A stretch of DNA of 64,000 nucleotides from the NCBI GenBank assembly GCA_023423715.1, contig JAFAFC010000035.1, forward strand, positions 752 through 64,751. The letters run 5' to 3'. Under the pieces are notes generated by a model. That model worked only from the letters and a program-made list of their open reading frames with translations. It ran no database searches and was not told where the DNA came from. The position numbers and the translations under genes are program-made. The stretch is from Bacteroidota bacterium (GTDB lineage Bacteria > Bacteroidota > Bacteroidia > Flavobacteriales > Weeksellaceae). Positions 28,980 to 39,979 of this stretch are shown here, in pieces; the stretch's first letter is position 1, and each line of letters opens with the position of its first letter.

Positions 28980-29167
28980 GATGTTTACGAAAATTGAAGA
29001 TTAGTAACTTAACATGATATAACTCATGTTTATTTTTCACTATAAATTGAAATTATGCAAAAAGTATTCATAATTTCGCGTGGCATAAGTAGGGAATGGG
29101 ATTTTAATGATTGATTCAGATTTTATGCATCTTTAATTTTTAGCCTAATCCTTTGTATGTATTTTTA

Positions 29168-29200
29168 GATATCCAGATACAATTTTTTGTTTTGGATATC
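29168..29200. repeat. 8-bp inverted repeat GATATCCA-N17-TGGATATC
   Basis: Read directly from the sequence. The T-rich spacer is 17 nt. Confidence 0.75.
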
Positions 29201-29231
29201 GTCTGTTTTTGATTTTTTAGCACTGATGCAT

Positions 29232-29243
29232 TGAAAATGTAGT
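29232..29243 (+). repeat. Direct repeat copy 1, TGAAAATGTAGT
   Basis: A perfect 12-mer, also preceded by TGATG. The second copy lies exactly 50 bp downstream. Confidence 0.8.
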
Positions 29244-29281
29244 AAAACGTTGCCACACACTTTGTTTTACGCCTTTGATGA

Positions 29282-29293
29282 TGAAAATGTAGT
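29282..29293 (+). repeat. Direct repeat copy 2, TGAAAATGTAGT
   Basis: A perfect 12-mer that ends 28 nt before the ATG at 29322. Confidence 0.8.
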
Positions 29294-29321
29294 CAAGTTT
29301 TAATTAATCAAAAATTAAATA

Positions 29322-32300
29322 ATGAATAAAAAATTTATTCTATTACTTGTCTGTGCATTTAGTCTTGTTACATCACTAAGGTTTAAGGCGCAGATTGTTT
29401 TTCAAGAAGATTTTGGAAATTCATCGACAAGGGTGTATTCCGACTATGTTCCAGATGGATTAGGGTATTTTATTTTTGCAGATCCTAATACTACAAATAA
29501 TCCCAACACTTCTGAGAATGAAATCCACTTAGCTCACGCGGTAGAAAATAACTATTACACCATTATCAATCCCTCCAATTTGTATGATAATCCTCCTGCT
29601 GGATATACTGGTTTTGGCTGGAAATGGAATGTTTCAGATATTGGAAATGGGACTTCAGGGGCTACAATGTTCATTAATGCAGGAGTTACCCTCAGTACAT
29701 TTTACAAACGGCAGGTAGATCAAGATTTAGTTCCTGGAAATTACTATCGACTCAGTGTTCGTGCCTATATGCAAAATAGTCCTTCAAGAATTTCTTTAGA
29801 AATAATGTCAGCTAATGGTAGAACGACTCTAGCGCGCAAACTTCATGATCTTATTGGTGGTGGATGGCAAAATTATGAAGCGATCTTTAAAGTTCCCACT
29901 TGTACAAAAGCTGATCGGAAATATTTTATTTCACTTGTCAACGACTTAGCGCTACCGAACGGAAATGATTATGTTATTGATGATATAGTTTTAGAAAACC
30001 TTGGAAGTTCTTATGGAGGTTCTGCAATTACTATGAATTGTGACCCATCGGCCGAACCAAATGCAAATGACGATTATTACATCAATCAGCCTCAAGGTTT
30101 ACCGATATCGTACAATGTACTTCAAAATGATAAATTGCATACTGATATAATGCCAACCCCAGAAACAGTTGAATTTTATCTTTTTGGAATTCGTAATTTA
30201 ACCACGTTTGATGTTCCTGGAGAAGGGAAGTGGTCGTATTCTAATGGGGTTCTTACTTTCACACCTTTGCCCGAATTTAAGGGGAATCCAACACCAGCTA
30301 CCTATACAATTTTGGATAAAACCTACAATCTAAGTGGCGAACCAAACACGGATTCTAATCATACACCTGGTTCTGGAAACATTGTGGGAACAACCAATAC
30401 GTTAGGCGCTGAAGCAAGAGCAAAAGTTTATTTCACTTATATAGGAAATCCAGTAGCAACCGATGATATTGTCAATGGATATTATTGTAACCCTGCGAAA
30501 CCAAACCCAATTTTAATTTCGATTTTGGATAATGACGAAATTTTTGATAAAACCAAAGCAACGTTAGACAACGTTTCTGTAAAGCTTTATGATAACTACG
30601 AGGTTGAACTTTCTGGAAATACGTACAATGCTTACGGAGAAGGTGTTTGGGAGTATTTTCCAAATTTGGGAATTCTTTCATTTACGCCAAGTCCAGGTTT
30701 CAAAGGGACAACATATCCTATTTTTTATACGATAATAGACAAACGTTCTGGAACAGTGTATGAAGGAACAATGTCTTCCAAAACAAAAGTGATTGTCACA
30801 GCTCAACCGAATTCGAGTGGTGTTGATACAGATGGAGATGGAGTTCCAGATCAATGTGATCTTGATAAAGACAATGATGGAATTATGGATGTGGTAGAAA
30901 AGTCGCAAGATAATTTGAATTCCGATGGAGATTCTTTACCTGACTATTTGGATTTGGATAGTGATAACGATGGAATTTCTGATTTACTAGAAGCTGGAGT
31001 TAATCCTACATTGGACGCAAATAACGATGGTAAAATTGATGCAGATAAGTTCATGGATGGTAATGGCAATGGGTTACATGATTATTATGATCCTTATTGT
31101 TTTAATATTAGTTATGCATCATCAGCATCGGGTACTTCAGACGTTCAAAATCCTTTGAACGCCATTGGCATGCCTGGATCAGATTATGCTACAATTGATA
31201 CGTGGTCTAATACGTTTGTTTTTACGTTGAGTACTTCCTCACCTATTGATACGGGTGCTAACGTTAGCGTTTTTGCTAGCAAACTTCATGACTGGGCTAC
31301 GCCAAATATGACTATTCAAGATTTGTCTGGGAATTTATTAGCACGTTTTGATTTAACTACAGAAACTTCGCAATCCTATACTTTTGTAAATACGGGACAA
31401 CCCATTTCTGGAATTCAGATTTCCACCACCAATGCGCAAGGTGGCATGAGGATATATGGATTAGTTAATGAGGAATTTTGCGGTCTTGGAGCTGTGCTTC
31501 CCCGTGATACAGACGATGATGGAGTTCCCGATTATATTGATCTTGATAGTGATAACGATGGATGTTATGATGCGATAGAAGGTTCAGGAAATTATACTCC
31601 AAACCAATTGAATAGTGGAAGACTTGTTGGGAGTCCCAATGTTAATGGAGTTATCGGTACACTGCAAGGGATTGGGACCTCTATTGATACTACGGTTTCA
31701 GATCCGGCCTGTAACTTGGCTCCAAATCAAAATGAAGTGGTTAGTTTATGTGAACCTTATGTTGTGGAATCCAATCCATCTTCTGCAGTGGCAACCATTA
31801 CGTATGATTCTATAGCGCAAGTACAACGGGTTTCAAACGGTGTCACCTATGGAAAGGGGGTAGGGAAACAACTTACTTCTTTTAAAACGGCTACTGCGGG
31901 TACTAGAACAATTCAGCGTATCGCATTTCCAATGTCCAGATTTTACATCCGTAGAAATAATGATCCTGCGCAGAAAGCAAGAGATATTTTATTTATTGAA
32001 CGAGCTGGTACGCCTTTAAATGAACTTTCTGTTTCCTATCCTGAAAATATAGAAGATTTCTTTTCTCTTGGATATATCAATGCCGGTATTGATAACGTAT
32101 TCAATAATAGCGGAGGTACTAATGCAAGTAATGCGGAACGTTTAGACGTGATTTTCGAGAAAGGATATAAAGTAATTGATCCCAAAAATGAATTGATCTT
32201 AGTTACGGAAAGAGGAAGAAATGACAACGTTAATATTGCCGTAGTAAAAAGTATTAATACGACCAATCTGCCAACGGATTTGGGCGTTGTAAAGACAGTA

Positions 32301-32927
32301 GCTACTGGACAGATGTATAATTTGCTAGGTACCAATATGAAATACAAAATCATTAAAAGAGAGAATCCTACGGATCTTTACGCACATAGTCAGGATGGTG
32401 ATCAACCAATTGGTCTTTCAGTAATTAGTTATCATGATCTTGGTGTAGTTGCAGGGGAAATCGTGTATGGGTATGTCCTTCTACCAAGTGACTATAATGC
32501 TTTGGGAGCTACGGCTTTAGAGTATGAAAAATTTCCCAAGAATACGATAGAGGGGTCTGGAGGTCATGACTTAGGTGTAGTTTATGGTGTTTTTACCGCC
32601 TGCGATACCTATGCTTGTTATAATTCAGAAATCAATATGACTCCTGGTATTCCTGTAAATCACGGCATCACACTTCTAAATAGAGCTGGTGCTCAAAATG
32701 ACAATTGGCCGATGGTTCGAAATTCTGCATTCACAGCAATTGAATCCAATAAAAAAGGTTTTGTTATTACCAGAATGTCAACTTTGGAAATTGAAGGTGA
32801 TCTATCTAATCCAAGTAAAATCACGAATCCACAAGAAGGAATGATGGTTTTCGATACGACGGAAAAATGCCTCAAACTTTATGATGGTACGAAATGGAGT
32901 TGTTTTTCAACGCCTTCATGTCCCTAA
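29322..32927 (+). CDS. Large secreted adhesin-like protein. It has an N-terminal beta-sandwich domain, two Ig/cadherin-like repeats, two thrombospondin-type-3-like Ca-binding blocks, an unknown C-terminal region, and a terminal short module shared with the next ORF.
   Basis: 1201 aa with a signal peptide. Repeated DxDxDGxxDxxD motifs are present ([55 protein letters not shown]). I could not recognise a T9SS type-A or type-B C-terminal domain. Confidence 0.75.
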   Translation: MNKKFILLLVCAFSLVTSLRFKAQIVFQEDFGNSSTRVYSDYVPDGLGYFIFADPNTTNNPNTSENEIHLAHAVENNYYTIINPSNLYDNPPAGYTGFGWKWNVSDIGNGTSGATMFINAGVTLSTFYKRQVDQDLVPGNYYRLSVRAYMQNSPSRISLEIMSANGRTTLARKLHDLIGGGWQNYEAIFKVPTCTKADRKYFISLVNDLALPNGNDYVIDDIVLENLGSSYGGSAITMNCDPSAEPNANDDYYINQPQGLPISYNVLQNDKLHTDIMPTPETVEFYLFGIRNLTTFDVPGEGKWSYSNGVLTFTPLPEFKGNPTPATYTILDKTYNLSGEPNTDSNHTPGSGNIVGTTNTLGAEARAKVYFTYIGNPVATDDIVNGYYCNPAKPNPILISILDNDEIFDKTKATLDNVSVKLYDNYEVELSGNTYNAYGEGVWEYFPNLGILSFTPSPGFKGTTYPIFYTIIDKRSGTVYEGTMSSKTKVIVTAQPNSSGVDTDGDGVPDQCDLDKDNDGIMDVVEKSQDNLNSDGDSLPDYLDLDSDNDGISDLLEAGVNPTLDANNDGKIDADKFMDGNGNGLHDYYDPYCFNISYASSASGTSDVQNPLNAIGMPGSDYATIDTWSNTFVFTLSTSSPIDTGANVSVFASKLHDWATPNMTIQDLSGNLLARFDLTTETSQSYTFVNTGQPISGIQISTTNAQGGMRIYGLVNEEFCGLGAVLPRDTDDDGVPDYIDLDSDNDGCYDAIEGSGNYTPNQLNSGRLVGSPNVNGVIGTLQGIGTSIDTTVSDPACNLAPNQNEVVSLCEPYVVESNPSSAVATITYDSIAQVQRVSNGVTYGKGVGKQLTSFKTATAGTRTIQRIAFPMSRFYIRRNNDPAQKARDILFIERAGTPLNELSVSYPENIEDFFSLGYINAGIDNVFNNSGGTNASNAERLDVIFEKGYKVIDPKNELILVTERGRNDNVNIAVVKSINTTNLPTDLGVVKTVATGQMYNLLGTNMKYKIIKRENPTDLYAHSQDGDQPIGLSVISYHDLGVVAGEIVYGYVLLPSDYNALGATALEYEKFPKNTIEGSGGHDLGVVYGVFTACDTYACYNSEINMTPGIPVNHGITLLNRAGAQNDNWPMVRNSAFTAIESNKKGFVITRMSTLEIEGDLSNPSKITNPQEGMMVFDTTEKCLKLYDGTKWSCFSTPSCP
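30060..30320 (+). repeat. Intragenic protein repeat 1 (~87 aa adhesin-type repeat)
   Basis: Sequence NANDDYY...VLQNDKL...[34 protein letters not shown]. Confidence 0.55.
30453..30743 (+). repeat. Intragenic protein repeat 2
   Basis: Sequence VATDDIV...ILDNDEI...[36 protein letters not shown], the same pattern as repeat 1. Confidence 0.55.
30825..31091 (+). repeat. Thrombospondin-type-3-like Asp-rich Ca-binding block 1
   Basis: Several consecutive DxDxDG motifs. Confidence 0.6.
31506..31571 (+). repeat. Thrombospondin-type-3-like Asp-rich Ca-binding block 2
   Basis: [22 protein letters not shown]. The DNA is about 80% similar to the start of block 1. Confidence 0.6.
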
Positions 32928-32945
32928 CTTTTAATTTTTAGTAAA

Positions 32946-33503
32946 ATGAAAAAATTAGTTTTCCTTGTGTTTGCATTTATTTCAGCAAACGCGCACGCGC
33001 AAGTAATTATTGGTGACGATAAAGGAACCGTGGTCGATAAAACTTCGGTGTTGTTAGAATTCGCGAAGAATAATGATGGTAATAAAAATTGTAAGGGCTT
33101 AATCTTACCTTATGTTCAAGTTCTTCCAAGTTCGATTGATGCAACAGAAGGTACAATTCTACTTCACGCAGATGAAAATGGTGCGAAATCTAGAATGAAA
33201 TATTATAATGGCTCAGAATGGATTGATCTTAGCGGCCGAGACGCGAATATTTCGTCAAGTTTAGCTATTCAAAACGGGAAGGCAGAAAAACCAGATGCAA
33301 AAGTAATTATTGGAAGTACCGAAACTTCAGCTAATGGAGCCTTGGTTTTAGAATCGACGACAAAAGCGATGGTACTTCCAATTGTTGAAGATGTAATCAA
33401 TATCCCAAGTCCTTCACCAGGAATGATGGTGTATGTGAAAAAAGACGGAGCAAAACGATTAGCAGTTTTCAATGGAAACGTTTGGTCGTTTTGGAGGTCG
33501 TAA
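32946..33503 (+). CDS. Small secreted protein made of two copies of an unnamed ~62-74 aa module
   Basis: 185 aa with signal peptide ...ISANAHA. Repeats are at 33000-33221 and 33300-33485 (VIIG...LLE...KGLILPYV...G.ILL...YYNGSEW versus VIIG...VLE...KAMVLPIV...GMMVY...VFNGNVW). Confidence 0.7.
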   Translation: MKKLVFLVFAFISANAHAQVIIGDDKGTVVDKTSVLLEFAKNNDGNKNCKGLILPYVQVLPSSIDATEGTILLHADENGAKSRMKYYNGSEWIDLSGRDANISSSLAIQNGKAEKPDAKVIIGSTETSANGALVLESTTKAMVLPIVEDVINIPSPSPGMMVYVKKDGAKRLAVFNGNVWSFWRS

Positions 33504-33527
33504 AAACTCAAGTGTTTATATAATTGT

Positions 33528-33561
33528 AAGAGTCACCACTAAATAAAAGGTGACTCTTTTT
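33528..33561 (+). terminator. Rho-independent terminator
   Basis: Stem AAGAGTCACC/GGTGACTCTT followed by a T-run. Confidence 0.75.
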
Positions 33562-33646
33562 ATTTAGTATTGTAGGCATTTCAATTTATCTTCAAATCCG
33601 ACATGTTTTTATAGAATTGAGTACATTTACATAAAATCAAAAATTT

Positions 33647-34528
33647 ATGAATCCATATACACAGCCAATGCTTCGTGAAGATGCATTAAAAGATAAAGTA
33701 GCCATCGTAACGGGTGGCGGAAGCGGTTTGGGAAGGGCTATGACCAAATATTTCCTAGAATTAGGAGCAAAAGTTGTAATCACGTCTCGAAATTTGGAGA
33801 AATTGCAAACAACGGCAGCAGAACTTGAAGCAGAAACAGGTGGAAAAGTTTTGTGTGTCGCTTGTGATGTCCGAAATTGGGATGAGGTGGAAGCAATGAA
33901 AGATGCAGCGCTTAAGGAGTTCGGAAAGATTGATATCTTGTTAAATAACGCCGCTGGAAATTTTATTTCACCAACTGAACGATTGACGCATTCTGCTTTT
34001 GATTCCATTTTGGATATTGTTCTGAAAGGAACCAAAAACTGTACACTTTCTGTGGGAAAACATTGGATTGATACAAAATCTCCAGGAACCGTTTTAAACA
34101 TCGTTACTACCTATGCTTGGACAGGTTCGGCGTACGTTGTGCCATCGGCTTGTGCAAAGGCTGGTGTTTTGGCGATGACGAGAAGTTTAGCCGTTGAATG
34201 GGCGAAATATGGTATTCGTTTTAACGCGATTGCTCCAGGTCCTTTCCCGACAAAAGGCGCTTGGGATCGTTTGTTACCAGGGGATTTACAGGAAAAATTT
34301 GATATGAGAAAAAAGATTCCGCTTCGTAGAGTTGGAGAACATCAAGAATTAGCAAATTTAGCGGCATATTTGGTGTCAGATTTTTCGGCATTTGTGAATG
34401 GCGAAGTCGTAACTATCGATGGTGGCGAGTGGCTTCAAGGTGCGGGAGAATTCAATATGCTAGAAGCAATACCGAACGAAATGTGGGATATGCTCGAGCA
34501 AATGATCAAAGCGAAGAAATCGAAATAG
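33647..34528 (+). CDS. SDR-family oxidoreductase, 2,4-dienoyl-CoA-reductase-like
   Basis: 293 aa with the cofactor motif TGGGSGLG, the NNAAG motif and an S...Y/K catalytic region. Confidence 0.75.
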   Translation: MNPYTQPMLREDALKDKVAIVTGGGSGLGRAMTKYFLELGAKVVITSRNLEKLQTTAAELEAETGGKVLCVACDVRNWDEVEAMKDAALKEFGKIDILLNNAAGNFISPTERLTHSAFDSILDIVLKGTKNCTLSVGKHWIDTKSPGTVLNIVTTYAWTGSAYVVPSACAKAGVLAMTRSLAVEWAKYGIRFNAIAPGPFPTKGAWDRLLPGDLQEKFDMRKKIPLRRVGEHQELANLAAYLVSDFSAFVNGEVVTIDGGEWLQGAGEFNMLEAIPNEMWDMLEQMIKAKKSK

Positions 34529-34550
34529 ATTTTTTTTAAAGTAAAAATTG

Positions 34551-34577
34551 AATGCGAACCTTATGTTCGCATTTTTT
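34551..34577 (+). terminator. Rho-independent terminator
   Basis: Stem AATGCGAAC/GTTCGCATT followed by T6. It lies inside the ORF-track N-terminal extension of the next gene. Confidence 0.7.
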
Positions 34578-34628
34578 ATTGCGAAATCTCATGATTTTTC
34601 TATTTTTACAAGACACAATATCCAGAAA

Positions 34629-36782
34629 ATGAGTCCACATAAAAAAATTACATTTTTTACTTTTCTATTAATTTCAATTTTCAGCTTTTCCCAAAACTTC
34701 AATTCAGTAAAGGAATTGGCGAATCGGCAGTTTCCTTGGTTGAAGAATAAAGTGGTCGTTAAAAAACTAAAGAATAACAATTCCAAAGATGGTTTCGAAA
34801 TTCAAACCAAAGGGAATAAATTACATATTTCCGCAACTTCTGTCAGTGCGGCTTCCAAAGGTTTAGATTATTATGTGAAAACCTACGCCCATCAAAGCAT
34901 CTCGCATATGGGAGACAATGTTCAGAATTTAACGTCATTACCTCAAATTAAAGGGGTGATTCATAAAGATTCTGAGGTGAAATACCGCTATGCTCTGAAT
35001 TATTGTACGATAAACTACTCTTTTAGTTTTTACACTTGGAAAGACTGGGAAAAAGAGTTGGACTGGATGGCTCTTAATGGAGTTAATATTATGATAGCAC
35101 CTGTTGGAACGGAGCAAGTTTGGTACAATACATTGGTGAAATTGGGCTATACCGATGCACAAGCACGCGAGTTTATTCCAGGGCCAGGTTTTACGGCTTG
35201 GTGGCTCATGGGAAATCTTGAAGGTTGGGGCGGAGTAATGAGTAATGCTCAAATCAAACAGCAAGCAGATCTGCAAAAGAAGATTCTTAAAAGAATGAAT
35301 GATCTTGGGATTGAGCCAATTTTGCAAGGTTTCTACGGAATGGTTCCTCATGATTTAGGACAAAAATTAGAAGCATTTAAAGATGCACCCATTATTGATC
35401 AAGGAAAATGGGTATTTACTGAGTTTACACGACCGGGAATTTTAGTTCCTACAACGCCTCATTTTAAGAAAATTGCTGATGTTTATTATTCTGAAATGAA
35501 GAAATTGTACGGAAACGATATTCATTATTTTGGAGGTGAGCCTTTTCATGAAGGTGGAAAATCAAAAGATGTCAATATCGCTGAAGTTGGACATCAAGTA
35601 CAGGAAGTAATGCAAAGTCATTACCCGAATAGTTCTTGGGTTTTGCAAGGTTGGCAGAAGAATCCTTCCGATGAATTGCTGAAAGGTTTGAAGAAAGAAA
35701 ATGTACTTATCATTGAGCTTTTTGGTGAAAACACCGATAATTGGAATCAAAGAAAAGGCTATAACGGAACATCATTCATTTGGTCTAACGTGAGTAATTT
35801 CGGTGAGAAAAATGGATTGTATGGGAAATTGCAACGGTTTATTGATGAGGTTTTCCGAATTAAAGCAAGTCCATATAAAGCAAATCTTGCCGGAGTTGGA
35901 ATTATTCCTGAAGGCATTATCAACAATCCAGTGGCGTATGAGTTAATGCTGGATTTGGCTTGGCATGCAGAAAAACCAAACCTTGATTCTTGGTTAGAAA
36001 AGTATTCAATTTCAAGATACGGAAAATCAAATCCAAAAATTATCGAAGCTTGGAAAGAATTTGCGCAAACGGTGTATTCTAATCCAGAAGTGTATCAAGA
36101 AGGGCCTTCAGAAAGTGTTTTCTGTGCGAGACCTTCCTTAAAAATTAAGTCGGTTTCTTCTTGGGGAACTCGAAAACGTAATTACGATATTGAGCGTTTT
36201 AGAAAAGCGGTACGCGTTTTTGCTTCGGTTCAAAATGAATTCAAGAATAGCGAAACATATCAAAATGATTTAATTGATTTTCTTCGTCAAGTTTGGGCAG
36301 ATAAAGGAGACGCTGCGTATGCAGACCTCGTTCAAGCGATAGAATCCAAAAATACAACGGCAATTTCCACTTCAGGTGATCAGTTTTTGCAAATGGTTAA
36401 AATTCAAGATGAATTGTTAAGTAGAGGAGAATTTTTTACGTTAAATCGTTGGTTGGGTCAAGCGAAAGATTATGGACAAAACCTTCCCGATAAAGATCAA
36501 GTGCTGTATAATGCAAAATCTCAAATTACCTACTGGGGGCCAGACAATCTACCGAAAACGACTTTGAGGAATTATGCGCATAAAGAATGGAACGGCTTAT
36601 TAGGTTCGCTGTACTACGATCGTTGGAAATTATTCATCGATAATGCGAAAAATAACCAAATTACACATTCCGCAACGTTCTATGAAATGGAGGTTAAATG
36701 GTCTAAAAATCAGGATCAACCTTCAACTAAAAAAGTCGATGAAGAAAAATTTTTACAACTTCAAGAAACAATTCTTAAATAA
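34629..36782 (+). CDS. Alpha-N-acetylglucosaminidase (GH89, NAGLU-like)
   Basis: The start at [12 protein letters not shown]... gives a signal peptide. Conserved blocks such as [19 protein letters not shown] and WVLQGW are typical of NAGLU. Confidence 0.8.
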   Translation: MSPHKKITFFTFLLISIFSFSQNFNSVKELANRQFPWLKNKVVVKKLKNNNSKDGFEIQTKGNKLHISATSVSAASKGLDYYVKTYAHQSISHMGDNVQNLTSLPQIKGVIHKDSEVKYRYALNYCTINYSFSFYTWKDWEKELDWMALNGVNIMIAPVGTEQVWYNTLVKLGYTDAQAREFIPGPGFTAWWLMGNLEGWGGVMSNAQIKQQADLQKKILKRMNDLGIEPILQGFYGMVPHDLGQKLEAFKDAPIIDQGKWVFTEFTRPGILVPTTPHFKKIADVYYSEMKKLYGNDIHYFGGEPFHEGGKSKDVNIAEVGHQVQEVMQSHYPNSSWVLQGWQKNPSDELLKGLKKENVLIIELFGENTDNWNQRKGYNGTSFIWSNVSNFGEKNGLYGKLQRFIDEVFRIKASPYKANLAGVGIIPEGIINNPVAYELMLDLAWHAEKPNLDSWLEKYSISRYGKSNPKIIEAWKEFAQTVYSNPEVYQEGPSESVFCARPSLKIKSVSSWGTRKRNYDIERFRKAVRVFASVQNEFKNSETYQNDLIDFLRQVWADKGDAAYADLVQAIESKNTTAISTSGDQFLQMVKIQDELLSRGEFFTLNRWLGQAKDYGQNLPDKDQVLYNAKSQITYWGPDNLPKTTLRNYAHKEWNGLLGSLYYDRWKLFIDNAKNNQITHSATFYEMEVKWSKNQDQPSTKKVDEEKFLQLQETILK

Positions 36783-36808
36783 TTGCTACCTATACTAAAA
36801 GTAAGTTT

Positions 36809-39022
36809 ATGAAAAATTTGAAAATTGCAGCATCATTTTTGATTTTTGCTTTTTCGTTTAGTCATATTTCGGCTCAAGAAGCGGATAAATATAGCTACAC
36901 GGAGGCTTTTAAACCCATTTATTCCACATTTGCAACGGAAACCCGTTCTGCAAGTGGGCAGCCAGGACATAACTACTGGCAAAATAAAGCCGATTACAAG
37001 CTGAAAGCGACTTTGAACGACGAGAAAAAAGAAATCACAGGAAGTACAGAGATTACCTATACCAATAATAGTTTCGATAATCTTGGATTTCTATGGTTGC
37101 AATTGGATCAGAATTTATTTAAAAAAGATTCACGGGGAAATTCGGTAATCCCAATGGGAGGAAGTAGAAATGGAGCCAAAGGTCAAGCTTTTGACGGCGG
37201 TTACACGATTTCTTCGATTGAAATTACAACCTTGAATGGAAAAAAAATAAAAGTTAACCCAACGTATCGAATTTCTGACACTCGAATGCAAATTGATCTT
37301 CCACAAGATTTGAAAGCTAAAGGTGGCGTTGTTAATTTGAAAATCAATTATTCATTTGTCTCTCCAGATTATGGATCAGATAGAATGGGCGTTCAAGAAA
37401 CGAAAAACGGAAAAATTTTCATTGTTGCCCAGTGGTATCCAAGAATGTGTGTTTATGATGATGTTATGGGATGGAACACCCTTCCGTACCTTGGTGCAGG
37501 GGAATTTTATTTAGAGTATGGAGATTTTACAGCAGAATTTACCGTTCCGTCCAACCATTTTGTAGTCGCTTCTGGTGAGTTGCTCAATGAAAAAGAAGTA
37601 TATACTTCCGATCAAGTTAAAAAATGGAACGAAGCGAAGAATAGTGAGAAAACCGTGATGATTCGTTCAGCTGCTGAAGTGGATAATGCTCCAAAAACAG
37701 CTTCAGGAACGAAAACTTGGAAATATAAAATGGATAATTCGCGTGATTTTGCTTGGGCGTCTTCGCCAGCTTTTATTTTAGATGCGGCACGAATTAACCT
37801 TCCATCAGGAAAAAAATCATTGGCGATTTCGGCTTATCCAGTTGAGAGTAACGGAAATAACGGTTGGGAACGTTCAACAGAATATACAAAAGCATCAATC
37901 GAACATTATTCAAAACAATGGTTTGAATATCCGTATCCAGCAGCGACTAACGTAGCAGGAAATGCGGGCGGAATGGAATATCCGGGAATTGTTTTCTGCC
38001 ACATGAACTCAAAAGGTGAAGATTTGTGGGGAGTTACGGATCACGAATTTGGCCATATTTGGTTCCCGATGATTGTGGGTTCCAACGAAAGAATGCATGC
38101 GTGGATGGATGAGGGATTCAATACCTTTATTAACGGAATTTCTACAGAAAATTTCAACAAAGGAGAATACCATCATGATCAACCATTGCAATCGATGTCG
38201 TTTTTCTTTAACAATCCACGTTTTGAAGCGGTAGAAACAGCTCCTGATAATATGAAAGAATCCAATTTGGGAGCGTTAGCGTATTATAAGCCGGGAGCGG
38301 GATTGCAGATTTTACGTGATAATATTTTAGGAAAAGAAGTTTTCGACAAAGCGTTTAAAGAATATATCAAGCGTTGGGCGTACAAGCACCCAACTCCAGA
38401 TGATTTCTTCCGCACCATGGAAAATGTTTCGGGCGAAGATTTATCCTATTTCTGGAGAGGCTGGTACCTTAATCGTTGGAAAATTGATCAAGCAATAACG
38501 AACGTATCTTACGTTAATGGCGACTATAAGCAAGGTTCAACATATGCTGTAGAAAATATTGGAAAACTTCCAATGCCAATGGAGCTGGAAATTAAATTCA
38601 AAGATGGTAGTAAAGAAACAACGAAACTTCCTGTCGAAGTTTGGAAACGTAACACCGAGTGGAAATTTAAACTTCCTACAACGAAGGAAATTGAGTCTGT
38701 GACTATTGATCCTAAGAAAAGCTTACCTGATGCAAACCCTGGAAACAACACATTTAGCCTAACGGGTAATGCAGAAAAAATTAGTTTAAAAGATTATGTT
38801 GGTTCGTATGCATCGAAAGGAGTTCCTATGAAATTCACTCTAAAAGAAGAAAATAATCAATTAATGGCTCAAGCTACTGGCCAAGGTTTTTTCCCATTGA
38901 CGTATGAGGGTGAAGGGAAATTTACCTTCGGTTTAGCAGGAATTGAAATCAAATTTGCAAAAGACAAAAAGAGTTTTGATTTCACGCAAAGTGGAAAAAC
39001 GGCAAAGTTTACCCGCGAATAA
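36809..39022 (+). CDS. M1-family zinc metallopeptidase (aminopeptidase N-like)
   Basis: 737 aa with a signal peptide and a HEFGHIWF zinc motif followed by WMDEGF. Confidence 0.85.
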   Translation: MKNLKIAASFLIFAFSFSHISAQEADKYSYTEAFKPIYSTFATETRSASGQPGHNYWQNKADYKLKATLNDEKKEITGSTEITYTNNSFDNLGFLWLQLDQNLFKKDSRGNSVIPMGGSRNGAKGQAFDGGYTISSIEITTLNGKKIKVNPTYRISDTRMQIDLPQDLKAKGGVVNLKINYSFVSPDYGSDRMGVQETKNGKIFIVAQWYPRMCVYDDVMGWNTLPYLGAGEFYLEYGDFTAEFTVPSNHFVVASGELLNEKEVYTSDQVKKWNEAKNSEKTVMIRSAAEVDNAPKTASGTKTWKYKMDNSRDFAWASSPAFILDAARINLPSGKKSLAISAYPVESNGNNGWERSTEYTKASIEHYSKQWFEYPYPAATNVAGNAGGMEYPGIVFCHMNSKGEDLWGVTDHEFGHIWFPMIVGSNERMHAWMDEGFNTFINGISTENFNKGEYHHDQPLQSMSFFFNNPRFEAVETAPDNMKESNLGALAYYKPGAGLQILRDNILGKEVFDKAFKEYIKRWAYKHPTPDDFFRTMENVSGEDLSYFWRGWYLNRWKIDQAITNVSYVNGDYKQGSTYAVENIGKLPMPMELEIKFKDGSKETTKLPVEVWKRNTEWKFKLPTTKEIESVTIDPKKSLPDANPGNNTFSLTGNAEKISLKDYVGSYASKGVPMKFTLKEENNQLMAQATGQGFFPLTYEGEGKFTFGLAGIEIKFAKDKKSFDFTQSGKTAKFTRE

Positions 39023-39037
39023 AAAGAAACGAAGTAT

Positions 39038-39072
39038 AAAAAAAACCGATAGTGGAAACTGTCGGTTTTTTT
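39038..39072 (+). terminator. Rho-independent terminator
   Basis: Layout is A-run, stem AACCGATAGT/ACTGTCGGTT (one G-U pair), GGAA loop, then T7. Confidence 0.75.
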
Positions 39073-39094
39073 ATTTACGTTAGGAATTGTTTGT

Positions 39095-39102
39095 TACCTT
39101 TG
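39095..39102 (+). promoter_or_regulatory. Candidate -7 box TACCTTTG
   Basis: Exact TAnnTTTG match 17 nt upstream of the ATG at 39120. Confidence 0.4.
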
Positions 39103-39119
39103 GTTTTCAAATTAAAATT

Positions 39120-39953
39120 ATGAGAAAATATCTTTCTATTGTTATGTTGGGGTTGGTTCCAATGCTGTTTGGGCAACAGTTTAAAGTGATGACGTTTAAT
39201 ATTCGTTTGTCATTGGATTCGGATAAAGAAAATGCTTGGACGAAGAGAAAAGACGATGCGATGGGCTTAATGGCGTATTATCATCCAGATATTATGGGGG
39301 TTCAAGAAGCGCTTCCACAGCAAATGCGTGATATTAAAGCAAAATTGACCAATTATGATTATATCGGAGTCGGTCGTGATGATGGGAAAGACGCTGGGGA
39401 ATATTCCGCTATTTTTTATGATAAAAAACGATTAAAGGTTTTAGAATCGGGTACGTTTTGGTTAAGTGAGACGCCAGATGTTCCATCGAAAGGTTGGGAT
39501 GCGGCTTATCCAAGAATTTGTACGTATGGTTTGTTTAAAGATTCCAAAACAGGAAAGAAATTTTGGGCGTTGAACTTGCATTTTGACCACGTGGGAAATG
39601 TAGCTCGCGTAAAGTCTTCCCAAATGATTTTGGAACGTATCAAAAAGATGAATCCAAAAAATTATGCTTTGGTTCTAACAGGGGATTTCAACTTGACAGA
39701 AGATACGGAACCGATTCAAATTATGTCAAAATCGTTGGATGATTCTTTCTATCATTCAAAAACACCGCATTACGGTCCAAAAGCAACTTGGCAAGCATTT
39801 GATTTCAATACCATTGCAAAAGATCGTATTGATTATATTTTTGTAAAAGGATTTACGGTACTTTCAAATCGTACGATTAACGACCGAAGAAGTAATAATC
39901 TATATCCTTCGGATCATTTTCCTGTTTTAGCAGAAATTACATTTACTAAGTAA
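39120..39953 (+). CDS. Endonuclease/exonuclease/phosphatase (EEP) family protein, secreted
   Basis: Signal peptide MRKYLSIVMLGLVPMLFGQ. The motifs VMTFNIR, GVQEA, LTGDFN and the C-terminal SDHFPV are typical of the EEP family. Confidence 0.8.
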   Translation: MRKYLSIVMLGLVPMLFGQQFKVMTFNIRLSLDSDKENAWTKRKDDAMGLMAYYHPDIMGVQEALPQQMRDIKAKLTNYDYIGVGRDDGKDAGEYSAIFYDKKRLKVLESGTFWLSETPDVPSKGWDAAYPRICTYGLFKDSKTGKKFWALNLHFDHVGNVARVKSSQMILERIKKMNPKNYALVLTGDFNLTEDTEPIQIMSKSLDDSFYHSKTPHYGPKATWQAFDFNTIAKDRIDYIFVKGFTVLSNRTINDRRSNNLYPSDHFPVLAEITFTK

Positions 39954-39979
39954 ATTAATTTTTTATATTTTTATTCGGT

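Noticed and set aside
33637-34101. 154-aa minus-strand ORF
   Set aside because: It is fully antisense to the well-supported SDR gene (TGGGSGLG, NNAAG motifs). It has no recognisable motif and is typical shadow ORF.
34548-34628. N-terminal extension of the GH89 ORF (MNANLMFAFFIAKSHDFS...)
   Set aside because: The extension is encoded by the terminator hairpin of the upstream SDR gene (34551-34577). Starting at ATG 34629 gives a normal signal peptide.
34938-35351. 137-aa minus-strand ORF inside the GH89 gene. Similar internal or antisense ORFs are at 12856-13209, 28190-28513, 28212-28493 and 43467-44883.
   Set aside because: All are embedded in strongly supported genes (NAGLU, bshA, M16, clpB). 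They are shadow ORFs.
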